From assembly GCA_021613535.1 (NCBI GenBank), contig CP075492.1:9238001-9302000 (forward strand): a DNA stretch of 64,000 nucleotides, in the 5' to 3' direction. The position numbers were made by a program, and so were the translations under genes. Under the pieces are notes generated by a model. The model ran no database searches and was not told the origin of the DNA. It saw nothing but the letters and a program-made list of their open reading frames with translations. The stretch is from Adineta vaga. Its lineage: Eukaryota > Animalia > Rotifera. Below, piece after piece: positions 14,003 through 25,514 of this stretch (position 1 is the stretch's first letter; each line of letters opens with the position of its first letter).

Positions 14003-14860
14003 ATTAAAGAAAAACATTTTCTCGATGATTTAAATGAAAGATTAAATGAATGGAAACGATTATTTATTGAAAATTATAAAAATAATCAATTAATTTATCA
14101 AAAATCTTTAAATCAAAGAAATTCTTCAGAAAATTATTTTATTCAACTTAAGAAAATATTCTAATGACTGAAAAAAGTCGTTTATCATCAAAAAATCAAT
14201 CAGAGAATCGACAAACAATTCAGTTCGTATCTTCTTCTTCTTCTTTTCTTTTAGTAAATTAATACTAAATAATGAATTTTTAAAATCACTTCTTGGTTTA
14301 TGTTTATTATTAGTTTTATATTCACACGGTAATTCCTATCATGATTTTCAATGGGTATTTCATCTCTATTCATTACATCTTCAATTAATATTAAAAGAAA
14401 ATTATTTGATTCAAATTCATCTTTATCAATAATTCGAAGTCAATCAGATCCATTAGTTGAAAATGTAAATAAAATTCCACAAAAAGAATCTCCATATATA
14501 ATGTTTTATCGAAAATATTATCAATTAGTATTAACAAGATTTGATTTATTATGTTCACGTTTATTTGGAATAAATTGTTTAGAAATAAAGAAAATAATTC
14601 GGAATTTTATTTATATTTATTTGAAAATTATACGAAAATATTATTTTGTCAAAAAGATTTAGATCAAATTTTATTATCATCAATTTATTTTATATCAAAT
14701 TCAGAAAGTGTTAATTTAACATGCATAACACTTCTTCAAATGTGTAAATCAATTCAAACTTGAAATTTGAAAACAATTCGAACTCGTACAGAAGATGGAA
14801 AACTCATTGATAACAATATCAACAGTACAAGAAAATTTTATTGAACCAAATGAAAACAAT
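14003..14860 (+). pseudogene. Retinoblastoma-family (RB/p107/p130) pocket-domain pseudogene fragment
   Basis: RB_A-like KLFYST*ENILMTEKSRL and KLILNNEFLKSLLGLCLLLVLYSH...FQWVF; RB_B-like PYIMFYRKYYQLVLTRFDLLCSRL and LFCQKDLDQILLSSIYF. The pieces lie in different frames, with a stop codon and much of the A-B region missing. Confidence 0.7.
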
Positions 14861-15114
14861 TCGAACTGACAAGAAAAAGAAAAACATTTTGTTTTTGGTC
14901 AATCATCAATTAATTGAATGAAAAGAAATTTTCAAGATTATCCAAATTCAAATTCAGATTGTTTAATTAAAGAATTCTACAAACTGAAAATAATCGACAA
15001 TTAAATTCATCAAACAATTGAAATTATTCGATTTTTTTGTTTTTGATATTCAATCGAATTTGTTTTGCTTGTTGTAAATCTTTATTAGATTTCGATCTGA
15101 AATAGAAAGAGAAG

Positions 15115-15286
<172 letters not shown>

Positions 15287-15649
15287 AGTTTCGAAAATTA
15301 AAGATACAAATAATGCCAATCAAATTTTGTAGCCGAATACTTTAATTCAATCGTCATCAATATTAGATAACGAAAAAAAACTATGAAGATGACAGGAAGA
15401 TAATGATAAAGTATATTATTTTCTTCCATAAGCAGCAGTAGAACTTTCAGGTTCTAGTCAATATTCTCATCGTTTTCTCGATTTAATTGTTAAGCTTGAT
15501 AGTTGAGACAATTGTATGGATTTCGTTCATAATTTCAATCAACTGACTCGAACAATTTGAGAAATGATCGTCTACAATTATATTGTACATATATAAACTG
15601 TCCAGTCATGGTCACTCATCGACAGTGACATCTTTTTGTTCTTTCGAAC

Positions 15650-15824
15650 TAGCGGCGGCGCCAGAATTTCCACTCAGGGTGGGCTAAGCCTATTCAAAAA
15701 ATATTCAGGGTGGGCTCTACTATAGAAGTTGTGCCTTTTTGTAATATAAAAATCAGTTTTTTCAGAAGTTTTTTAAATCAGGGTGGGCTCAGCCCACCCT
15801 AGCCCACCCTTGGCGCCGCCAGTA
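15650..15824. mobile_element. hAT-like MITE (175 bp)
   Basis: TIRs tagcggcggcgcca / tggcgccgccagta (12/14 match); 8-bp TSD tttcgaac at 15642-15649 and 15825-15832; internal cagggtgggct x3 and inverted agcccaccct x2. Confidence 0.85.
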
Positions 15825-15938
15825 TTTCGAACGTTGGTCATCCAATGGTTCATCCATCATGAACAAATGAAAGAACATACAAAATGAAGGAAGAATTACT
15901 ATTGTTTGTTATTATCATTTTGTATCTGACTTGAAAGA

Positions 15939-17110
15939 AATGCAGAACTATGCTGATTTTCGAAAATGTATTCGAGATTTTATTCTTTCGAATCCGTCAC
16001 CATCACCAGCTGATACATTTGCTATTCTCGATCAATTAGAAAATCAAGTATTCGATATTTGTTCGTCTTTAGGCTCAAAGATAGATGAAAAAAATAACGA
16101 TCTGATCAAAACTCTCAAAGAACGTATTGATATTGGTGACCAATTAAATACAACGAAAGAATCAACAAATAAAATCATTAAATGTTACAATATGTCTATG
16201 AAAGCTGCATCGTGTACAATTGCACGAACAATCATAGAAATGACTGCACGTGAACATGCTCAAGAAATTTATTTGTCTGTAGAAAAACTTATGAATCAAT
16301 TTCGTCTCGAGAAGAAGTATTCGGTAAGTGATTGATCTTTATCTTATTTTGATTGAAATTATATACTTTCTTTTGAAAGAATAATTGGAAAATAACTGAT
16401 TTGATTCAAGATGCAAAGACACGTTCATTTTGGGATAAACTTACATCAGCTGAACAACAAAATCTTGATCTTTGTCTTAAATGGTCTCACCAAAGTTTAC
16501 ATAAAAAGAATTTTGTTCCAACGAATGATGTATTGAAACAATTGTGGAGTAAATCGAAATCGACTGATTTAGTAACAAGTCTCCCGCATCCGAAATTTGG
16601 TTCATTTTCAGATAAAATCGAACATATTGAAGTAAGTGTTGCGTTAAAAAATGTTCCAAAAAACTTATTATTGTTGAAGCTTTTTTTATTGAATTAATCT
16701 TGATAATTCTTTTGCTTATAGAAATCATTTATAAATCTCTATCATACATTATCTGAAAAGATTCACAATTCTATTCTTCCATACGAAGATGATAAATTAC
16801 CAATTCCAGATATTATTGAAGGGCAATTCGATCGACCTGATGCTTTAGCTCTTGGTAAGTTACAAAATATTCCTTCATCATTTTTCTTTTCTTTTCTGAT
16901 CTAGCTTCATTCTACAAAATGACATTACCGAATATAGAATATGAATTCGCCAAAAATATCGTCCATTTCTCTTCTAATTCAACAAATTTATTTGATTGTA
17001 TAGATTTAAACAATAGTATGAATGTGTGCACTACCACGATGATTGGAACAAATGAACAATCGCTCAAAAGAAAATTGTCGGATGAAAATCTGGAAAATAA
17101 AATTCAATGA
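15939..17110 (+). CDS. Hypothetical protein with four spliceable exons; 5' end unclear and possibly damaged
   Basis: Exons ~15939-16323, 16380-16631, 16722-16854, 16905-17110 join in frame through GT-AG introns. No recognisable domain. The candidate upstream exon contains a TGA, lacks a GT donor and lies next to the MITE. Confidence 0.55.
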
Positions 17111-18195
17111 GAGAGAATTTTTATGTCATGGTCAGAGTGTCTTCATTCCTTTGTCTATCTCAACTGTTTTCTTTTATTTTTTAACTTTTTCATGTTGAAT
17201 CTTTTCTTCTTTTTGAATTTACCTGTTTCTTCTATGATCTTATCTATGCGCAAATATGTACTTGTACAAACATATTTATATTTGTGCTCGTCAGTTAGAT
17301 ATTGCTCTTTTTTCTGATAATAAATTTATTATGACTAAAGAATTTGAAACACAAATCCTTTTAGTAAGAATATGATATTCAGTTTAGTTGACAATGACCT
17401 TTAGATTTAGATATTTTGTTTTCTACTTTGTGTGAGCAGTAACACAATTTTCGTATTCAACATATTTTGCCAAAAAATGCATAAAAGCAAATGAACTACA
17501 TCTATTATCGTAGTATTTTATTTTCATTTCTTATATATTCGCCAACATTCCAAAAACAAACCAATTGAACGAAAAGTAAAGTATAATTGCTACATTGTAT
17601 CTCTACTCATTTTTGCGCATAAGCGCGGTCAGTACGCATCTATAAATATCGCTCATTTTTGACAAACAAAATATTTAACAAATGTTTTCAAACGAGGCAA
17701 GACAACATTTTTTATGCCATTGAGGACGGTAGCTCCTGTAGTAAGTCATATTAATCATCATTTGTCCTCTGCAAGGAATACATGTTATTATTTCAACTGT
17801 ATTTCGTTTTGATTTCCAAACGAAATGAATCAATTTTAGGACAAACTTAGGCAATGTTCTGAGAGATATCATTGGTAAAAGAAGTGAAACGAAATAGACA
17901 ACAAATAGAATTGTATCAAAATGCTCGTTGAAAAGATAATTACAATAATATACAACTCCGATAAGTTATTCTTTTTCTTATCTGTAAAAGAAAGAAGGAA
18001 TTACTCATGATTAGATTATGTAAATCAATATAAAATTCTAATACATTCTTCTTGAAGAGACATTATTTATTTCAAGAAAGTCGCTCACTAATGAAAATAA
18101 AAATTTTATCTCATAACTTTTTCTAAGAAAAAGAATCAAAGTTCTTATTCATTTAATAACTAAACTTTGATAGAAAAAGCAGAGAGAAATAAATG

Positions 18196-19645
18196 TTAGT
18201 ATAGTTTACATTGTTGAGATAAAAGATAAGTAAAATTCTTCTGATAATAAGATTGTTGAATTAAATGAATTGATTCAATAAAAACCATAGCCATACCAAT
18301 TTGTAGATGCCAATCATTATGACAATGTAACATCCAAATTCCAGGATTATTTGTTTGAAAACGAAAAATAATATATGAATATGGATTAACTGTAAATGTA
18401 TCACGATAAACAGGATTAATTTCATTATAAATTGTATTTTTATATGTTGTTTCATTTAAGTATCCATCATTTGTTTTTCCCTGTGCTAAAATCCAAACAT
18501 GATGACCATGTAAATGAAATGGATGTGATGAATAATCAATATTATTTATAATAATATCAATAATTTGATTATTTTCAATTTGAATTGTTGAAGGCCATGC
18601 GATTTTTGATGAATTTCCTTGAAGAAGAATTAATGATAATAATGTAAAATTTTCTGGATGAATAAATGTTTGATTATTAAAAATAAAACCTGAATTATCT
18701 TGAAATTTAGGATTAATAATAAACTGATTATTATTTAATGAATTAATTGATGGTAAAAATGAATTATTTTCATATTGAAGAATTGCTAAAACAAAAGAAT
18801 TATTTGAAATATTATATTGATGATTAAAATTAATAAATGGATGAATTATTGCTTTTATCCAATAGTTTTCCGAAGAATTTTGATTTCCATTTAATAAAAA
18901 TGAATATCTTTGTCCTGGATTTAAACGAAGTGTTTCAACAATTTGATTTCCATTTAAATAAATTCCATCCATTTCAATTAATTTCATTTGATGTTTATCA
19001 ATTGTTAATGTTATTCTTGCATAAATTGATTTATTTATTATTCGATATCTTTTTGTTAAATTTTTCTTAATAAAGGAACGATAAAATTGACATGTTTTAT
19101 TTAAAATACAATTAAATTGTCCAATACCATTGAAAAGTAATGTATCAGGTAATGGTTCTGATATTCGTAAATTTAAATATTCTTTTAATAAAATATAAAC
19201 AGGTTTATGATACCAATCAGTTATTTGAAAAATGTCTTCATTTTTATAAAAAGATTTAAATGGATCATTTTTATCTTGAATTATTAAAATACCTTTAAGA
19301 CACTCACCATATTGAATTGATTTATGTGAATGATACCAATATGTTCCTGTTTGATTATTTGTTTTATAAATATAATTAAATGTTTTATTTGATAATATTG
19401 AACATTGTGTTATACCAGGAACACCATCCATATCAAATATATTAATTTGATATAAACCATGTCAATGTATTGTTATATCTTCATTTGATTCATTTATTAT
19501 TGTTATATTTATTAAATCACCTTCATTTACAATTATTTTTGGACATAATATTTCATTATTTATACTTAATATTGGCCTTTCATAACCATCTGGAGATGAA
19601 TTAAATCATCGAATATAAAATGTATTTTTATAAATTGTTGGTTTT
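18196..19645 (-). pseudogene. Intronless multicopper oxidase (laccase/Fet3-like) pseudogene
   Basis: Cu motifs YWYHSH, HPFHLHGH and WMLHCHNDWHLQIGM are intact. In frame upstream of the ORF: IR*FNSSPDGYERP...EGDLINI...ITIH*HG, with TGA at 19608-19606 and at 19464-19462, the latter destroying HWHG. Confidence 0.85.
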
Positions 19646-20458
19646 TCTAGGAAATTACATATTTTTTTTAAGATTAAATTAAATCAATTGGGCTGTTGTA
19701 AAAAACATCGGGCAAAAAGAAACGAAATATTCTAGTTTAATTATCAGCGAAATAATAAAAATCTTTTTTTCATACTTGCATCGATAAAGTAACAGATCAT
19801 AAAAGAAAAGAGATTTATTTAAATAAAACTTCGAACGAAAAAATATAGAGAAAAAATACCAAACTTAATTAGTTTATAAAATAAATTCAATATTATTGTT
19901 TAATGATTAATAATCATTGATTTTTTTCTTTATTTTCTATTAGATGATTGATTTGAACATGTAACATTGTATATGAAAATAATTTTTCTTTTTCATAATC
20001 ACTTAAATAGCGAAATCCATCATGTCTTCCACAACAAGATGGCATTTGACAATAACATTTTTCAAAGAATCTTATTAAAAAATAAAAATAATTCTAAAGA
20101 CAATCATTATCTCATTCTAAGTTTAACATTACTTTAAATTTCAATATAGAATTTTTTTTTCCTAAACTCGTCATGTAAACAAACTTCGCACTTGTACCAT
20201 TCGATAGAGAAAATATTTCTCTACAATTCCATAGAAATTTCTGTCTCAGAGTGCTGTTTGTCTCTGCGCGCGTCATATTGTTCGAACGGTACTTAGAAAA
20301 AAATGTGTACTTTTTTATACCATTAGAGACAATTAAGCACGCACACGTATGTATGCGGGGTAAAGAGGCATTTCTAGTTATTTTAGTTGTATGCTTTAAC
20401 ACCTAGTTTTCAAGAGTTCTATACATTATATTCAACCCATCTTGTTAGCACGAATGCT

Positions 20459-20540
20459 CGTCTTGAGGGTGTGGGTGTGGGTGTGAGGGTATAGATAAAG
20501 AAAGATAACACCCACACCCACACCCACACTCTCAAGATGG
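20459..20540. repeat. Inverted repeat built from telomere-like TGTGGG units
   Basis: tcttgagggtgtgggtgtgggtgt ... acacccacacccacacccacactctcaaga; the arms pair across a ~20-nt A-rich spacer. Confidence 0.75.
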
Positions 20541-20847
20541 ATGAAAAATCTCGCAACCTAATATACATCTTGTTTTTTTACATATACATATACCTTCTTT
20601 ATTATTTACAAGTGTTCTCGCTAAATAAAAATATTATTTAACAAATAGAAAAGTTTGAATTACATTATGTCCAAAAAATAAGAAGAAGAAAAAACATAAA
20701 ATACTTAATTTCTATAATTAACTATACACTTACTAAAAGAAGAAACTAAAATAACTCAATGATAAATCACACATACACGTAGTAACATAAATGAAAAAAT
20801 ATATAATATACAGAAAACTATTCAAGTAATGATCTGATAGAGATTAG

Positions 20848-22591
20848 TTAAAAAATGTCATCGATACCATCTTCATTTAGTCTTTCTTCGTCAAATGATA
20901 GAAAAAGTGATTCTGTATCATTGATCATCGATGCTTCCCAATCCTCTGGGTTCTCATTTCCAATCAAGAAATCAATTGATTCATCTATTATCAAAAATAA
21001 ATTTTAGTTTTTAATAAAAATCTCAAATTTTCACTTCTTACTTTTTGTTTCTGACTTTATATTATTTAAATCCATATGATCTAAAAATGAAAAACTTCGA
21101 ATAACTGTCTTCTTTATAAAATATAAGAATGTTTACTTATTGATATCGTTTTTTCACAATTATTTGATAATTTCTAAAAATTTAAAATAATTTCTACAAA
21201 ACAAACACATTCTTTAATTGAATCTTACAGGTAATTTCGTTCGTTTTCTTGTTGTAACAGAACTTTTTGATTCAACTTGATTACTATCAATTGACACTTC
21301 AGATTTGACTATTGTTTTACTAAGCATTACTGTTCGCGTAATATCTTTCGCATGTTGTAAATCAACTTTATGATAATTTCGTAAATGTCGATAAAGATTC
21401 ACTGGACATGGACGATCACAGGGAATATTTCTAACAAATCGAGAAAATTTTCTTAATAAAGTTGATTTTGCGCTGTTCAATGTTGTCGAATACGGACATA
21501 AACATTTATATGGTACAATATCAATTTCTTCTGTTACTGTTGTTGCTTGTTTATTATTGTTATTATTATTAGGTGAACCCTCGTTTATATCTGGTAATTC
21601 GGTAGTAGTTGTTCGAATTGATCGAATTAAACGAAGTGCAAGTTCACCACTCATTTGATGATAATGTCTATGCAAAAAAATAAAGACAAGAATAATTAGA
21701 TATTTTTAATAAATAACTTACTGAAGATGTGCGAAAAGAATAAATTTTTCATTAGTTTTATTACATGGTACATTTAATAAAGATTGTTCTTGAATATCTT
21801 CGCCCGATATTACTAATGGATTTGTTAATGGACAATAATGTCGAAATCTTCGATCATCATTATAAATATTTCTAAAATGAAGAAAGGCAAAGGTCTTTTT
21901 CGAGGAATTCTATTCAATACATACGGATTTGTATTTAGAACGGCATCATCTTTTTGAAATAAGATTATTTCTCGAATATCATTTTCAATCGATGATTTCT
22001 GTTTGGATTCAATTGATGATGACATCATTGTTTTTACAATCTTCTTTGCCGATTTTATATTTAAATTATGTGAAACACGTAAATGTGAAAGAAGTAAACA
22101 TTGTTTTGTATGGCGACAGTTGTAATTTTTAATATGATGATTTGTTAATGTTAAATTAAATACATTGGAATATCCATAAGAAAATGGACAACGACCTTTA
22201 TGCCAATGAACTGAATGAGAAAATAATTCTTGAGTATTATTAAAGGTTAATTCATTTTTTCGATTCGATTTTTGCCCATCAATACGAGTATTCATACGAT
22301 CTAGTACAATTTTGTTTGCTAAAAGAGAATGCTTAGATAAAATCAAATGCATAAATCGATTTTACCAGCTGTATTTGAAAGATTGTGTTTGTACATGAGA
22401 TGTTTTTTTAATGATAACTGTTCGTTTGAATCTGTACACGGAAAATTTGGCATATTGAAACTAAAAATAACCAGAAAACTAATTAGGAGTTCGTAAAAAG
22501 AAAATTTTTCTTACTTTTTTTTAATGCCATAAATTCCAAATGATGTTAATGGACAAATACCTTCAAAACTATGAAGAACTTTTTCGTTCAT
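20848..22591 (-). CDS. Protein with four atypical C2H2-like repeats and an acidic C-terminal tail
   Basis: Hand-spliced from ATG 22591 to TAA 20850-20848 (about 8 exons). Repeats: GICPLTSFG...FPCTDSNEQLSLKKHLMYKHNL; GRCPFSYG...NCRHTKQCLLLSHLRVSHNL; HYCPLTNP...VPCNKTNEKFILFAHLQHYHQM; CLCPYSTT...IPCDRPCPVNLYRHLRNYHKV. Tail DESIDFLIGNENPEDWEASMINDTESLFLSFDEERLNEDGIDDIF. Confidence 0.7.
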
Positions 22592-22847
22592 GATTATATG
22601 ATAAATGGGTAAATATGCCAAAAATATTTGATACTCTTGTCATGAGAATCAGAAAACCAATTGAATACTGAAGGTTAAGACAGAATTTTCATTGGTTGAA
22701 AATATTCACCAATGAAAAATATCGTATCAATGAAAACGGGAATCTTACTCAATATCTGTAAAAGATTGAGCAATAACCTGTGATGTTTTCTATTTAATAT
22801 AACGACAGTACTGGGAAATAAAGAAACGATTCTGCTTTATTTGAACA
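22592..22847. promoter_or_regulatory. Probable bidirectional promoter
   Basis: Only 256 bp separate the divergent ATGs at 22591 (-) and 22848 (+). Confidence 0.5.
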
Positions 22848-25514
22848 ATGTCAACACCTGTTGCTAAAAAAGCTAAAGTAGAAGACCTACCACTATGCCC
22901 CTATGGTATTCACTATCTTTATATATTTTTATATTTCTGTTACATTCCTATTATCTAGGCAGCAAATGTTATCGTAAAAATCCAGCTCATTTTAAAGAAT
23001 GTTCACATTCCGATCCTATTGCGAAAGTGATCACAACTGGTTTGCTACTATTATATTCATTCTGTTTAATTTTTATTTTAACTTTTTCTATAGATACAGA
23101 TAAAACATTACCAGTATGTCCTTTTGGTGCCACATGTTATAGAAAAAATCTTTTACATTTTGCACAATATACTCATCCATTTGATTTGTTAAATCCTGAT
23201 GTCGATAGTAGTGATGAAGAAGACGAAGAAGAAAAAAACCATCGGTCAGATAAAAGTAAAACAGTGATCAATGAAGGAAAAAAACGTAAACTAGAAATTG
23301 AAAAAGAAGAAGATGATGATGGCGATAAAACGGAAGAATATGATTCAGATGATGTGAGTTTATGATAATTGATTTTATTGGGATGTGTATATAATCTTAA
23401 TATTATAGGAAACTGTATATGATGTAAAATTAGAAAAAACATTTTCGAAAATGACAGACGATGAAAAACGTTTGATGATTGAAAGAGTAAGTATTGAATG
23501 AAAATAGAAATTTGATAAAAAAAACGAATTTTATTTCAGGCATTCGAATTAAAAGACAAATTACAAGAAAAGTTAAAAAAAACACGTGAAGAAGCAGAAA
23601 ATAGTAAAAAAGAAATCGAACAACTTCAAAGCAAGGTAAATTCATCCTCTTTCCATCGATTCGTACGAATGATAATAAAATCGTTTTCTTTCAGATTACT
23701 GAAGGAATATTATTAATGGAAGGTGAAACTGAAGTTCTTAAAGGTACTGAAGTCAAATATTTCGAATTATTTCCAGAACGAAATTACAAACAAGGTAATG
23801 AAATGACTATTTTTTCGATTGCAATTAAAAATGATTGAATTATGAAACAGGTTCAGCTGCTGAAGTGCATTTTCGTCTGGCCGAATCACAATTCTATCGT
23901 TTATTAAGTGGATATGCGACGTAATTACATTCAATTAAAAAAAAAGATTTCTTCGCAATGTTTTTAATATTCAGAGCACAAGTTAATAAAGTCGAATATG
24001 TTTGTAATCCAATTTTAATCGATAGATTCAAGTAGACACGAAAAAAATATTGTTTGTTTCAATTATATCTTCGTTATGTTTAGTAAAGCAAGAGAAGAAT
24101 TGAAGAAAAAACGTGGTGAACAATGTTCGTATCCAGTATTAGCTTTTCATGGAACAGCTGTGAAGAACATTCAACCAATATGTGAAAAAGGTTTTAAAGT
24201 ACCTGGTAAATGACGATTAAAAATATGTTTTTCAAATCGATGTGTAGAATCTTGTAGGACAAGCTGGATTTCAACATGCAACTGATAATGGTTTCTGGGG
24301 ACGAGGAACTTATTTTAGTGTAAGTTGTATTAGATGAGAAGAACTTTAGTTTTGATCTTTTTCATTCGAGTGATCTATTCATATTTTTTTATGTAGGAAT
24401 ATCCTAACTATTCGATGAGTTATATTAAAGGTGCTACAAAATTATTATTATGTCAAATATTACAAGGAAAGGTACAGAAACTAAAAACTAATGAGATATG
24501 AAATGATGGCTTCTTTTGTTGCAGATATTTCAATGTACGCAGCTCATTGATGGTGCTGATCTCCAAGATGTAAGAAACGATTGGAACTCCCTCTTCTAAA
24601 AGTATGATCAATGTTATTTAGGGTTTTGATTCGCATTGTTCACCTGACAAAAAAGAATTAATCATCTTTCGTAGTGATTATATTCTTCCTCAATACATCG
24701 TGCATTATAAGATCAACACTGGTGAATTTAAATATGCAGTATGTTGAACTAATTCTTGTTTCATTGATTTTATTTATCTGTACAGACTAGTCTTGCAACA
24801 AAAGAAGCACTCAAGAAAAAATTAGCCAAAATTGGAAAATTTTATAAAAAAGCAGTTGGAACAAAAGATCAAAAGTACATGTAAAAAGAATTCTTAATCA
24901 ATGGATTAATTCAAGGTCTGACCTCGGTCCCGTATCTTGATCTAACACTTAGATACGGGACCGAGGTCAGACTAAAGAAGTATCTATTTTTCTTCACAAT
25001 AACAATTCTCTTTAAAACAAGAGCTAGACAATACACATATCTCTCTCTGTTTTCGAAGGATATTTACTGGTTATAAATTTGCAATCATTGGTCAAATGAT
25101 TGATACACCATTAGCTATGGAAGCATTAATTAAACGATTTGGTGGACATGTTTGCAGTTAGTTCTTCTCTAGATAGAAATTTCATTCTTCATTTATTTTA
25201 AATATAGAGAATACAGTTCCATTTGGTACAATACCAATGTATACTAGTTTATTTGTCAATGGATATCCTGCAACTGTACCATTTGATGCACCTACGATAA
25301 TCATTTGTTCACTAGCTGAATATGAGGCAACAACGTCATCAACTGAACTACAAGGTTACAAAAATATGGGTGTAAGTATAAAATTTCCTTTGATTGATCA
25401 TATCGAATTTTTCTCCAATTGTTTCAGTATCAACAATTTTATCGCGAAGATTTTCTTTACGATTCAATTATTGAAGGTACAATCAAAACATTAAGTGATT
25501 ATCTACATGAATGA
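22848..25514 (+). CDS. PARP-family ADP-ribosyltransferase with two N-terminal PBZ zinc fingers and a C-terminal BRCT-like domain
   Basis: About 17 short exons. PBZ1 LCPYGSKCYRKNPAHFKECSH; PBZ2 VCPFGATCYRKNLLHFAQYTHP; acidic/NLS stretch; coiled coil; ART motifs LAFHGT, GFWGRGTYFS, YSMSY, LLLCQILQG, FDSH..PDKKELIIF...ILPQYIVHY; BRCT-like IFTGYKFAIIG...LIKRFGG...EDFLYDSIIEG; TGA 25512-25514. Confidence 0.85.
24916..24972. repeat. Perfect 22-bp-stem hairpin inside a PARP-gene intron
   Basis: gtctgacctcggtcccgtatct (24916-24937), 13-nt loop, agatacgggaccgaggtcagac (24951-24972). Confidence 0.9.

Noticed and set aside
19462-19608. UGA=Trp recoding or a code-4 donor for the oxidase
   Set aside because: The seven Trp codons in the open part are TGG despite extreme AT richness, and other conserved residues are also degraded; ordinary TGG>TGA decay is simpler.
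20330-20410. Helitron 3' end (CTAG-T with upstream hairpin)
   Set aside because: The hairpin is weak and no matching 5' end could be identified.
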